A stretch of 64,000 nucleotides of DNA from Chloroflexota bacterium (lineage in GTDB: Bacteria; Chloroflexota; UBA11872; VXOZ01): assembly GCA_965207135.1 (NCBI GenBank), contig OZ242272.1, forward strand, positions 2,750,544 to 2,814,543, written 5' to 3'. Shown here piece after piece: positions 10,437 through 20,356 of the stretch (position 1 is the first letter of the stretch; each line of letters begins with the position of its first letter). Position numbers and translations under genes: made by a program. The notes below the pieces were generated by a model, which was not told the DNA's origin, searched no databases, and saw nothing but the letters and a program-made list of their open reading frames with translations.

Positions 10437-11471
10437 ATGAGTGTTGACTGCTCCTACTACAAACGCCTCATCGAGACCTGCTTCCCCGATATTGAGGTCG
10501 CGGACATTCGGTTTATTGGCGGCGGTACCTGCCGCGTGTTTGCTGTTAACCATGCACTAGTCTTTCGCTTTCCTCACGGTGAAAGCGGGCCCATTGGACG
10601 CGAAGACTCAGATGAAGACGGCAATGTTGCAGAAGACAGCCCCTTTGATGGTAGCAACCCCGTTGAAGAAATCGGCGCGTTCCTTTGGCATGAAAAGCGC
10701 GTCTACGAAACCCTCGCGCCGCTGCTCCCGTTGCCGATTCCCCAATTCAGCTACTTTAGCGCAGGCTGCGCGCAGTTTCCCTATCCGATAGCGGGTTACG
10801 AAATGCTGCCCGGCCGCAGCCTGAGCGAGTGTGTCCTGAGTGAGCGAGAGGGCCACCATGCAGCCGCCCAGATTGGCGAATTCCTCTCGGCGTTGCATAC
10901 TGTGCCGCTCGCCGCACTGCCAGCGGAGCTGCGGCCCCCGCCACCTGCGCTTTCCGGGAATTCAAGCGCGCGCAAACTGTTCCGCCAGATAGAGGCCCAC
11001 GCCTTCCCATTCCTGAGCCCGGCGGAACGAGCTTGGACGAGCCGCTTGTTCCAGGAGATGAATGACGACCGGTCGCTATGGGAACTCACGCCCGTGTTTA
11101 CTCACGGTGACTTCGACGGTTCGAACATTTTGTATGACCCGGCACAAGGCGCGGTCAGCGCGATTATAGATTTCGAGGAGGCGGGGCAGAAAGGCGATCC
11201 GGCAGTTGACTTCTGCGCCCTGCTCGCGGGCTTTGGCAGGGAGTTCCTGGAGGCTGCGCTCGCGGCCTATACCCATGAGGTCTCTGAAGCTATGCGCCGC
11301 CGCATCGATCTTCTCGCCAAGCGTATCCTCTTCATCGAGTTGCTCTACGGCATTCAAGTTGACGACCGGCGTTTCATCGACAACGCGCTCCGACGCCTCC
11401 ACCGCGCGCGGCATGACATCGACCCCATCGGTGACTGGCTAGACGTCTCCACCAGCGAGACAAGACTCTAG
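10437..11471 (+). CDS. aminoglycoside phosphotransferase (APH) family kinase
   Basis: LVFRFP, Brenner motif HGDFDGSNIL, and IIDFE. Confidence 0.85.
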   Translation: MSVDCSYYKRLIETCFPDIEVADIRFIGGGTCRVFAVNHALVFRFPHGESGPIGREDSDEDGNVAEDSPFDGSNPVEEIGAFLWHEKRVYETLAPLLPLPIPQFSYFSAGCAQFPYPIAGYEMLPGRSLSECVLSEREGHHAAAQIGEFLSALHTVPLAALPAELRPPPPALSGNSSARKLFRQIEAHAFPFLSPAERAWTSRLFQEMNDDRSLWELTPVFTHGDFDGSNILYDPAQGAVSAIIDFEEAGQKGDPAVDFCALLAGFGREFLEAALAAYTHEVSEAMRRRIDLLAKRILFIELLYGIQVDDRRFIDNALRRLHRARHDIDPIGDWLDVSTSETRL

Positions 11472-11614
11472 CTGGGAATCCGCCAAGTTTGCCGACAACG
11501 TTGCTGCCGGTACACAAGACCGGCGTTTCTGGGGTAAGGTGGAATTAGGAGCACATAATCGACCGCCGCCCCGGCGGAGAAGTGAGCCACTTTAGACAGG
11601 AGCGATTGCGGAAC

Positions 11615-12694
11615 ATGACAAGAAGAAGCCTATTCGGCGTTGGCTTGGCCTGCGTCAGCGCACATTTGATTGCGGCGTGCGGCGGGGAATCCGAAACACT
11701 CATAGAAGCGGATCCCGGCACCCCTCCGCCGTCGCCGCCAGCCGCGGCAACCCCGTTGCCAACGACGGAACCGCTGCAAGTGCCTGCGGCGGAAGACGTG
11801 ACGCTGCAGGAGTTCTCGGTCCCCAACGGCGCGCATCCTCATGACGTCGCGCCCGCGGCAGAGGCCGACGGCATTGTCTGGTATACCGCGCAGCACCAAG
11901 AAGCACTGGGAATACTGGACCCAACGACAGGTCAGACCCGCCACATTCACCTCGGCAGCGGTGCGCGTCCTCACGGCGTGATCGTGGGGCCGGACAACGC
12001 GCCTTGGATCACCGACGGGGGCCTGAATGCCATCGTGCACGTCGATCCGTCTACAGAAGTCGTTTCGCTATTCCCGCTGCCGGAGGACACCGGCTATGCC
12101 AACCTCAATACGGCCGCATTCGACCTCCAAGGCATCTGCTGGTTCACCGGCCAAAGCGGTATCTATGGACGGGTCGACCCGCAGAGCGGAGAGGTGACCG
12201 TATATAACGCGCCACGGGGACGCGGCCCCTACGGCATCTGCACCACGCCCGACGGCAACGTGTACTACGCCTCGCTGGCGGGGAGCTACGTCGGCCATAT
12301 CGACACAGCAACCGGTACGGTTACGGAACTCAATCCGCCCACAGCCCGCCAGGGCGCGCGGCGCGTCTGGTCGGACTCACAGAGCCGCATCTGGGTCGCG
12401 GAGTGGAACTCCGGGCAGGTGAGTCTCTACGATCCCGCGAGTCAGAGCTGGCGGGAGTGGCAACTCCCCGGCACGGCCCGCACGTACGCCGTCTATGTGG
12501 ACGAACACGATCTGGTCTGGCTCACGGACTTTGGCGCGAATGCGTTGGTCCGTTTTGACCCAACTTCAGAGTCATTCACCGCCTATCCCTGGCCCAGTCC
12601 CGGTGCGGCCGTGCGCCAACTCCTGGGTAGGCCCGGCGAAGTCTGGGGCGCAGAATCCGGCGTCGATGCCCTGGTCGTCGCCCGCACCGGCTAG
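11615..12694 (+). CDS. Vgb (virginiamycin B lyase)-like beta-propeller, Tat lipoprotein
   Basis: TRRSLF twin-arginine motif plus IAAC lipobox; repeated PHGVIVGPDNAPWIT / PYGICTTPDGNVYY blades. Confidence 0.8.
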   Translation: MTRRSLFGVGLACVSAHLIAACGGESETLIEADPGTPPPSPPAAATPLPTTEPLQVPAAEDVTLQEFSVPNGAHPHDVAPAAEADGIVWYTAQHQEALGILDPTTGQTRHIHLGSGARPHGVIVGPDNAPWITDGGLNAIVHVDPSTEVVSLFPLPEDTGYANLNTAAFDLQGICWFTGQSGIYGRVDPQSGEVTVYNAPRGRGPYGICTTPDGNVYYASLAGSYVGHIDTATGTVTELNPPTARQGARRVWSDSQSRIWVAEWNSGQVSLYDPASQSWREWQLPGTARTYAVYVDEHDLVWLTDFGANALVRFDPTSESFTAYPWPSPGAAVRQLLGRPGEVWGAESGVDALVVARTG

Positions 12695-12740
12695 CCATCT
12701 ACGCAGTAACCCAGACGATTTCGCCGTTCTTGAATATTGA

Positions 12741-13955
12741 ATGAAAGAGGAGACCGCGACAATTAACACAGCGCCGCGCCGGTCAGCTCCCGCCGAGTCC
12801 ACTGTCCTTATCATCGGCGGCGGAATCGGCGGACTGGCGTCAGCCATCGCCTTGCAGCAGGTTGGTATACCCGCTGTAGTCTTTGAACGCGCCCCCGTCC
12901 TGCAAGAGGTTGGGGCCGGCATTGGCCTCGGCGCAAACGGCATGTATGCGCTGGCCAAGCTCGGCATCGCTGATGCGGTTCAGGCGGTAGGGTCGAGCGT
13001 TGAGCGCATAGAGCTTCGTGGGCAAGCCGGTGACGTACTGAGCGTGTTGTCGACCGGGCCGTTGGAGCGAGAACTTGGCGTGGCAACCACGCTGGTGCAC
13101 CGCGCCGACCTGCACGCAGCGCTAGCCAAGAGAGTGGACGCAGACACAATCCGGCTGAACGGCGAGTGCATCGGGTTTGATCAAGACGAAACCGGCGTTA
13201 CGGTCCGGCTCGGAACCGGCAAAGAAATGCGCGGAGCGCTCCTAATCGGCACTGACGGCATGTCTAGTGCCGTGCGCAGACAGTTGTGGGGCGACCAACC
13301 GCCGCGCTACGCAGGCTACACGTCTTGCCGGGGAATCTTAGAATCCGATTTGGTGTCTCTTCTAGAAGACACGGGGTTCGAAGCCTGGGGCAGCGGCCGG
13401 CGGTTCGGCCTCTTTCATATCAATAGCGATCAAGCCTACTGGTACGCCACCTGGAATGCGCCCGCAGGCGGCGCCGAATCCGGCGAGCCGCTCAAGCAAC
13501 GGCTACAAAGCCTCTTTCAAGGTTGGGCCTCACCGGTTCCCCAAGCGCTCGCCAATACTCCTGCGGAAACACTCATTCTCACCGACATTTGCGATCGTCC
13601 GCCACTGCCCCAATGGGGCCGCGGCCGGGTGACGCTGGTCGGCGACGCGGCACATCCCACGACGCCAAACCTTGGTCAAGGCGTGTGCATGGCAATTGAA
13701 GACGCCGTCGTTCTCGCCCGATGTCTTGGCGGCTGGAGCGACCGCATGACGCCGTTACGCGCCTACGAGGACCGCCGCCGCAGACGCACGGCCGGCACCG
13801 TGAGCGCATCCAGGCGCATGGGTTGGATCGGACAGTGGGAAAACCCCTTCGCCTGTATCCTGCGCAATACTGCCCTCAAACTCACTCCTCAGCGTCTAGC
13901 GCGCAGGCGCAACGATGCGCTGTTGCGGGAGGCCGTAGCGCAATTGGACGGGTAA
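12741..13955 (+). CDS. FAD-dependent monooxygenase (salicylate hydroxylase-like)
   Basis: GGGIGG, DG and GDAAHPTTPNLGQG motifs. Confidence 0.9.
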   Translation: MKEETATINTAPRRSAPAESTVLIIGGGIGGLASAIALQQVGIPAVVFERAPVLQEVGAGIGLGANGMYALAKLGIADAVQAVGSSVERIELRGQAGDVLSVLSTGPLERELGVATTLVHRADLHAALAKRVDADTIRLNGECIGFDQDETGVTVRLGTGKEMRGALLIGTDGMSSAVRRQLWGDQPPRYAGYTSCRGILESDLVSLLEDTGFEAWGSGRRFGLFHINSDQAYWYATWNAPAGGAESGEPLKQRLQSLFQGWASPVPQALANTPAETLILTDICDRPPLPQWGRGRVTLVGDAAHPTTPNLGQGVCMAIEDAVVLARCLGGWSDRMTPLRAYEDRRRRRTAGTVSASRRMGWIGQWENPFACILRNTALKLTPQRLARRRNDALLREAVAQLDG

Positions 13956-14069
13956 AGTCTGCTTCAGCATTGCTGCGAGCGCTCGCAATGTCCACCAATC
14001 CAATTTGCGCGCGTTTGCAGACTAATTCGCAGCCACGGTCGGTGGCATGACGCCGACACGGAGCTTCGC

Positions 14070-14555
14070 CTACCTGGCTTTCGTTGCGGCAGACTTCTCA
14101 TACTCTTCGTCTACCCGCAAGTCACTGCCCCGGGCCGCCGTGTTTGCTAGCGCATCGCAGCGTTCGTTCTCCGGTATGCCGCTGTGGGCCCGCACCCACT
14201 TGAACGAAACACTGTGCCTACAGGATAGGTCGAGCAGCCGCTCCCAAAGGTCGGGGTTCAGGGCCTTGCCGCGTTTCCCGCGCTGCCACCCCTGCGCTTG
14301 CCACGCTTTCGCCCAGCCCTTCGTCATCGCGTCCACGAGGTACTTCGAGTCGCTATGCAAGATTACCTCGCACGTTTCGGTGAGCTCTTCCAGCGCTTTA
14401 ATGGCTGCCTTGAGTTCCATTCGATTGTTCGTTGTCGCGCGGTATCCGCCGGCAATCTCTTTGCGAATCTGTTTGAAGAAAATTACGGCGCCGTAGCCGC
14501 CGGGACCCGGGTTTCCGATGCAGGCGCCGTCCGTGTAGATCGTGACACGCTTCAT
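14070..14555 (-). CDS. rnhA: ribonuclease HI
   Basis: IYTDGACIGNPGPGG, TTNNRMEL, DSKY and WVRAHSGIPENERCD. Confidence 0.97.
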   Translation of the reverse strand: MKRVTIYTDGACIGNPGPGGYGAVIFFKQIRKEIAGGYRATTNNRMELKAAIKALEELTETCEVILHSDSKYLVDAMTKGWAKAWQAQGWQRGKRGKALNPDLWERLLDLSCRHSVSFKWVRAHSGIPENERCDALANTAARGSDLRVDEEYEKSAATKAR

Positions 14556-14668
14556 ATTCAATTCCCGTAGATGGGCATGCAACCGGAGTAACTCAACCCG
14601 GCACTCTCAGAGCTCGCGCCCAGACTATTGGGCGCGTGAAACTTCGCCCGGCAGAGCGGACCCAATTG

Positions 14669-14823
14669 CCCCCTCTCCCGCATCGGAGACCTCTGCGAAT
14701 CCCTTGCCGAGGCGAGAAAGTCCCCTCTCCCGGCGGGAGAGGGTTAGGGTGAGGGGGTCTTTTCACCACACGGCCCAAGTTGTGCAAGGGTCTCCGTATC
14801 GGGAGAGGGCCGGGGTAAGGGTG
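14669..14823. repeat. cluster of CCCTCTCCC...GGGAGAGGG palindromic repeats
   Basis: cccctctcccggcgggagagggttagggtgagggg (14722-14757) with degenerate copies at about 14669 and 14791-14823; reverse copy at 57615-57635. Confidence 0.7.
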
Positions 14824-15111
14824 AACCGCTCTGCATACTGCAAACTCACTCCCCGTGTACACGTGCAAATTCCGCCCTGCAGGGATCGGATAGACGAGAT
14901 CAGGCACACAAGCTCGTCATACCCGCAGGAGTGTCCTCAGCGGTTGCATCTTTCGTGCGGGCAACCCAAACCGGCGCGAGCACCTACTACACTATCAAGA
15001 GTCATTCGAGAAGCGAATCAAAAGGAGCGCTCTGCTTCCCTGTATCGTCGGGAAGAGCAGAATGCCCCTCTTTTTCCGTCGTTCACCTTGATGAAAGCCG
15101 ACACGGGCTTT

Positions 15112-15423
15112 CTATTCGCCGCCGCCTCAGCCAGCGGTATCTACACCGCTTATCATAAACCCGCGCCGCGCGCCTTCGTTCACATATTCAACCGAAGCGC
15201 CGTCCAACGCTGCAAACGCTTGCTGGTCCATCACTACACCAACGCCGGCGGTATCCACCACCTGATCGTTGTCTTCCACTTCCTGGTCGAAGCCCATGCC
15301 GAAATTCACCTTGCCGCAGCCGCACTCGCTTTGCACGAAGATGCGCAGCTTGGCATCCGCCAAGTCATTATCCGTCATGAGCCGCTGCAACTCTGCCGCC
15401 GCCGTATCCGTAACCGTAATCAC
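15112..15423 (-). CDS. IscA/HesB-family Fe-S assembly accessory protein, probable C-terminal selenocysteine (UGA at 15127-15129)
   Basis: MITVTDTAAAEL..LRIFVQSECGCG..LDGASVEY..GFMI; continues AG-UGA-GGGE-UAG, followed by a hairpin. Confidence 0.75.
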
Positions 15424-15671
15424 GTTATCGCTCTCTTTCTTCCAGCCAGCCGCGAAAGGTCCTCACATTAGCTCTTCGCAACGGCATTATAGCATAGATG
15501 CCTGCGACCATAGTCTGACACTGCCTCGTGCCGCACCACGAGCGGTGGCTTCACCAGGCGCGCAAATTCCCACGCCCCCAACAGGGTCAAGCTGGCGCCA
15601 ATTGGCCTTGGCATCCCGAGGGGAAGTGTCTCGCGCAAGGTGATTCCGCCCCGCCTTACACGACGTCGTCC

Positions 15672-16045
15672 TGGTGGAGATGGGGGAGGGTCGAACTCCC
15701 CGTCCAAAGCTGTTCTTCCGGCAACCTCTACGAGCGTAGTCAGCTTTTGTGTGTCATTCCCAGAGCACGAGCGGACGAAAACCTCTGAGAACTAGCCTCC
15801 GTTTGTCTTTCGCAGTCCCCGAAGGCGGCGGATGCTATCCGCATGGACTGCGGCACTCCGGCTGGTAGGTCGCCCAAGCTGCGCTCACCGGAGGAAGAGC
15901 AGGTGGACGTCACAGCTTTAGTTAAGCTGCGAGAGCAAAATCGTGCTTGTTGGCACTTAAAAAAGTTGCTACCTGTTTAACGAGGGTGATAGCACCTCGG
16001 CTCGCAGTTACGGGCCTCCCAACCCTGTCGAATCCACTCATCCCC
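15672..16045 (-). ncRNA. ssrA: tmRNA
   Basis: 5' GGGGATGAGTGGATTCGACAGG; 3' GGACGGGGAGTTCGACCCTCCCCCATCTCCACCA; tag ORF ANKHDFALAA* at 15922-15954. Confidence 0.97.
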
Positions 16046-16246
16046 ATGTACATTTCCAGTATATCACGCTTTGGGCTCGTTTCTTCCACTGGACTCCGAA
16101 AAACTCTTGGCGGTCTTCGAAGTCCAACGGCACGTCCGACAAGGCTAGCGCGCTGCCCCAATATGCAACAAAAGTAAGCGGGTAAGGTGGACTGCCCAAA
16201 AAGGCCATGCAACCGAAAGCTATCGGGAGACCGTAGCTGCGGCTGC

Positions 16247-17509
16247 TTAGGCGCTCTGGGGTTGGTGGAGCAGCCCGTCGTCGACCAGATTGCCTCTGGG
16301 GTCAAAGTCCCAGGCGTAAGGCACGTCAAGGATTTCCAAGGCCGGATTTTCTCTTGCCGCTGGAATAAGCGCTTCGGAGAAGAGAAGATACTCCAGGTGG
16401 AGCGTGCTGTAGATGCGCACTACCCTTGGCTCTGCCACACCAGTGCAGGCAGACTTGAAGGCGGTGTCGATAGCGGCTTTGTCGGATTCCAGTGTGATGG
16501 GAATCTTGGCAACGGCCGGATTGTTGGCCGTAAGGGCGTTCATGTAGAGGTCGTAGTAGTTGATCTTGTCGGCCAGGCGTTTCGTCACAAAGTCGGCGTG
16601 GCCGATGCCCACCGCGTTGCCGTGTGATTCCGCTGTCAAATCGCGCACCAGCACGCGCTTATAGTTGGGGTGCCGGTCCATGGTCATGCCACGGTTGAGC
16701 CCAATGATGTTCGGGTCCATGCCGGCGCCGGAGATGTTCTTGCCCATCACGTCTACAATCAGCAAGTCTAGTTCATCAAACGGCACGCGCGGCAACAAGG
16801 ACTTCGAGAGCGTCTGCAGTTCCCGATCGGTTTCGTAGATATCTCCCGCCAAGGCAGCTTTAATGGTGTGGGGCTGGTCGTAGCCGTTTTCAACAACGCC
16901 AAGTCCCAGCACGGTGTTCGAATTCTCGATTGCATGGGCGGCGGCCTGGGGAATTGTCTCCGCGAGGCCGTGGGCGTGCATCTGCTCCGCGCCCTTCTGT
17001 TTGCCGAGACCCACAGTAATCATCTTGCAGAGGCCGCTCTCCACCGGGCCGCGGAAGCTGGTGTGGGGTTTTACACGGGCCACCACAATAACCGCATCGG
17101 CATTGTAGGCGTTCTGATCGAAGTAGACCGTCGCCCCATTGTCCGTAGTGCCTAGGTTGACCACGTCCATCGTGGCTCGGACTGACGCGCCCGTGGACTC
17201 CTCGGTAATGCCGTAGTCGCGCAGCACTGAGGCCTGGCCCTCAGCAATGGCGCCCCCGTGACTGCCCATTGCGGGCACAATGAAGGGAGTGGCTCCCGCC
17301 GCATTCACGGCGTCGGCTACTGTTCGGATTATCTCCGGAATACGGGTGATACCGCGGCTACCGGCCGTTATTGCGACCTCCATGCCGGGTCGAACGACCT
17401 TTTCAAGTCCCGCACGCGAGAGTTCGGAGTGGATAGCGCCCGGCAGGTCTTCAATCTGGTCCGTAGAGAAGCGTTGACGCACGTGCACCATTCGGGGAAG
17501 CGCTGCCAT
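16247..17509 (-). CDS. LarA-like N-terminal domain (DUF2088/DUF362-type) protein
   Basis: ITAGSRGI, PAMGSHGG, RVKPHTSF and GKNISGAGMDPN motifs. Confidence 0.75.
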   Translation of the reverse strand: MAALPRMVHVRQRFSTDQIEDLPGAIHSELSRAGLEKVVRPGMEVAITAGSRGITRIPEIIRTVADAVNAAGATPFIVPAMGSHGGAIAEGQASVLRDYGITEESTGASVRATMDVVNLGTTDNGATVYFDQNAYNADAVIVVARVKPHTSFRGPVESGLCKMITVGLGKQKGAEQMHAHGLAETIPQAAAHAIENSNTVLGLGVVENGYDQPHTIKAALAGDIYETDRELQTLSKSLLPRVPFDELDLLIVDVMGKNISGAGMDPNIIGLNRGMTMDRHPNYKRVLVRDLTAESHGNAVGIGHADFVTKRLADKINYYDLYMNALTANNPAVAKIPITLESDKAAIDTAFKSACTGVAEPRVVRIYSTLHLEYLLFSEALIPAARENPALEILDVPYAWDFDPRGNLVDDGLLHQPQSA

Positions 17510-17674
17510 ATGCTCTCCTCAATGCGCCTGTGTGTTCATTCCGTATACGTCGACACAGCCCAACCGATAAATGTAGGTGATCCCTATTGCTAGCGGTTGC
17601 AGGAGCCCAGACCACGTAACCGTGCGACGGGCCTCCGCAGTCGCCTGTGTGGCGCACCGCACTCGTTCGCGAGC

Positions 17675-18604
17675 CTAAATGGTCTCCCAGAACGGTGTGT
17701 CGCCGCTATCCAACGTAAAGATGACCAACTGATCGTTGGGAGCCCTCACGTCCGTAAGGTTTTCTGCCGTAATCAGCACCCGATTGTACTGCCGCATACC
17801 CTTAGTCTCGGGCGGCTGCGTCATTACTATTTGGGAATCTCCATTGGGTGTAACCGTGAGCCAAGAGCCGTTATAGGTAATCGGTTCTTGGCTGAGCGTA
17901 TCCAAAACCCACAATAGCAGGAACTTATCGCCGTATTCCTTGGGCTGCTTGAGGCCGGCAAACGTGATGGATAGTCCGCCATTGATGCCTAAACGCACGA
18001 CAGTTTCAACGTCGCCGCCAAGTTCAGTTGGTTGCAGCTCAAACTTCCTGCCCGGCCGCATGATCATCGATCGGGACAAGATGATATGAAACGGCGCATC
18101 TTCAAGGGCGATGGACGGCTGCTCTACCAAAGCGTGATCTTCGGCAGTCACGTAAATCGTCTTTACCGCGTCAAACGTCGTATACGTCCACAGGGTGGCA
18201 ACACGTGAAACGTCGGAGATGAGTGCCCCACCATTCTCGTACTCAATCGTGCCGTTACGCTCGCTGCCAAGCCAGACCACGAAAATATTGCCGCCTAACG
18301 TGGCAGGTTCGGGCATCCGGCGTCCGTTTACGAATACGGAGCCCTTGTAGGAATTTAGTGCCACACCAACCTCGGCGTTGCCGGCTGATTCAGCAACTTC
18401 CATACGCAGCGGCAGGTCGCGCCGGCTCTCTTCCGCCTCAGCAATTGCCCGGGCTTGCGCCGTTGCCACAAGGCTTGGGTTAGCGCTAATCGGCGTCTCT
18501 TCTACCCCAACGTCCTCGTCAATGCCGCAAGCTGCCGCCGTAATGAGCAATACAAAACTGAGAATAGCAACTCGGTAAATGAATGGCACCTTCAGCCGTC
18601 TCAT
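17675..18604 (-). CDS. hypothetical lipoprotein with two RskA-C-like repeats
   Basis: AAAC lipobox; duplicated pattern IFVVWL..IYVTAED and FLLLWV..VLITAEN. Confidence 0.65.
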   Translation of the reverse strand: MRRLKVPFIYRVAILSFVLLITAAACGIDEDVGVEETPISANPSLVATAQARAIAEAEESRRDLPLRMEVAESAGNAEVGVALNSYKGSVFVNGRRMPEPATLGGNIFVVWLGSERNGTIEYENGGALISDVSRVATLWTYTTFDAVKTIYVTAEDHALVEQPSIALEDAPFHIILSRSMIMRPGRKFELQPTELGGDVETVVRLGINGGLSITFAGLKQPKEYGDKFLLLWVLDTLSQEPITYNGSWLTVTPNGDSQIVMTQPPETKGMRQYNRVLITAENLTDVRAPNDQLVIFTLDSGDTPFWETI

Positions 18605-19041
18605 GGTTCCTCCTGTAATATCGGGTGCAGCGTTGCCGGCACGGCACGCTCAATCGGGCGCGTATGATTTCGTTTCCATCGAACAGTGTATACCAATGGT
18701 ATGCCAACAATTTGATTACTACAAGTTGAGGGCCGACTTGAAATGTCGGAGGCTGACTTGTGGAAAACTCGTTTGGTAGCAATCTCGCATCTCAGAGGAA
18801 ACGCCGTTCGTGCCCTTTACCCCTTTAATTGCTCATCGTCAGTCCGTATACCGGTCACCCAATCAGCCCGTTTCTACGTCCCTTAATAGACCACGCGTTG
18901 GTCAGTAAGACTGCCATGATCCCTTGAAATTAAAGAAACTGTGGCCGGTCCGCACCTACTGCAAGAGAGCATAGCATACTCCACGTGGGATGAGAATTGT
19001 ATAATGGCATGAAAGACGATTTTTCGCCTAGGACTGACGCA

Positions 19042-19752
19042 ATGCCTCCCATTGATTTTGCGCGCTTACAGGATCTGCAGGAGATCGACCTTTTGCTGGA
19101 CGCGCTCCGATCCGAGGTTGCAGACATAGAGTCTGCGCTCGCAGATCATGCGGAAATCGAGACGGCGCGGCGAAACTTGGCCGCTCTCACAAAGACCCAG
19201 GTCCAGGCGAACGCTGCTCTGAAAGACGCCGAGCTCAATCTGGCATCCCTGACCGCTGAAGTCGAGAGGAAATCGAAGCGTCTTTATAGCGGCACCGTGG
19301 TGAGTTCCCGAGAGCTGGAGGCGTTGCAGGCAGACATCGCGCAACTCATGCAACAGCGCTCCGTACGGGAAGAGAGTGCCCTCCAAGCCATGGTTGCCTC
19401 AGAAGAAGCTGAGACTGCACGAGACTTGCACCAACAAGATCTCGATGCTCTCGAAGCGACGTTTGCCACACGAGAGAAAGAGTTCGGCGTGCGGCTCAAG
19501 GAACTTGAGAGGGATATTCCAAAACGGGAAGCAGAACGCCAGGCGCTTCTGGAACAGAACGATCGCACGCTGGTTGTGACTTACGATTCTATGCGCGAGC
19601 GCTTGGGCGGCCGCGTACTCGTCGTCGTTGCGCAAGGGCGCTGTACGTACTGCAACATCTCCCTCCCCGACACGCAGTTGCGCCGCACCCAGCACAACCA
19701 GCGGATAGTCTTCTGCGACAGTTGCGGCCGCCTGCTGTACTCAGCTTCGTAG
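19042..19752 (+). CDS. coiled-coil protein with C-terminal C4 zinc ribbon (DUF164-type)
   Basis: LQDLQEIDL, long coiled coil, CTYC...CDSCGRLLY; start may be at 19009. Confidence 0.88.
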   Translation: MPPIDFARLQDLQEIDLLLDALRSEVADIESALADHAEIETARRNLAALTKTQVQANAALKDAELNLASLTAEVERKSKRLYSGTVVSSRELEALQADIAQLMQQRSVREESALQAMVASEEAETARDLHQQDLDALEATFATREKEFGVRLKELERDIPKREAERQALLEQNDRTLVVTYDSMRERLGGRVLVVVAQGRCTYCNISLPDTQLRRTQHNQRIVFCDSCGRLLYSAS

Positions 19753-20036
19753 ATCGGTGCGCGCGAGTTTCGCTAGAGTACGCGCATTGGAAGAATCGCC
19801 TGCATTGCATCTGCAATTCTCTCGCATGTTGCTCCTGCAGACCTGTGGTGACAGACTGACCAAGACTGGCTGCTCTTGCGCGCGATACTCGCTCTCCATC
19901 CGCACCAAGCAACTGTGCACCTTCCCCGGACTTGTGCTTGAACAGGTCGCTGGGAAGCACGCCAAAGGGAGCTCAGGCCGGGCAGAGCGCAGGCTGGAAT
20001 TGAGCACACCACTTGGGCGAAAAGGCACAGAAAAAA

Positions 20037-20060
20037 TAGAAGCCACCTAGGTGGCTTCTA
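20037..20060. terminator. hairpin terminator downstream of tRNA-Leu
   Basis: Perfect palindrome tagaagccacctaggtggcttcta followed by a T-run on the minus strand. Confidence 0.75.
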
Positions 20061-20073
20061 TCAAAATGACACG

Positions 20074-20161
20074 TGGTGCCGAAGAAGGGACTCGAACCCT
20101 TACGAGCGTAATGCCCACTAGCCCCTCAAGCTAGCGCGTCTTCCAATTCCGCCACTTCGGC
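20074..20161 (-). tRNA. tRNA-Leu (GAG)
   Basis: GCCGAAGTGGCGGAATTGGAAGACGCGCTAGCTTGAGGGGCTAG...GGGTTCGAGTCCCTTCTTCGGCACCA; long variable arm, encoded CCA. Confidence 0.97.
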
Positions 20162-20356
20162 GTGGGTGCTGCCTGACTCTGATTATAGGCAAGCGAGAAA
20201 TATGCCGTCAACGCACGCTACCGTTCCGGCGGCTGTCTCGCTGCCTGCTCGCCTCCACACACCGCGGCTAGTTTCAGACCAATCTCACGCAATTAGTAAG
20301 GTCAGCACGCATCTGCTGCTGACAAACACTGCACGAACGAACGGCGGTGCAGCGAT

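Noticed and set aside
14542-15471. 309-aa plus-strand ORF
   Set aside because: Runs through repeats and antisense to the HesB gene; no protein-like features
15922-16329. 135-aa ORF ending in ANKHDFALAA
   Set aside because: This is the tmRNA tag frame extended upstream, not a gene
18760-18768. Single DnaA-box-like 9-mer (TGTGGAAAA)
   Set aside because: Isolated match with no box cluster or oriC context
15672-20161. tmRNA and tRNA-Leu as integration sites
   Set aside because: No integrase and no duplicated 3' end noticed by eye in this window
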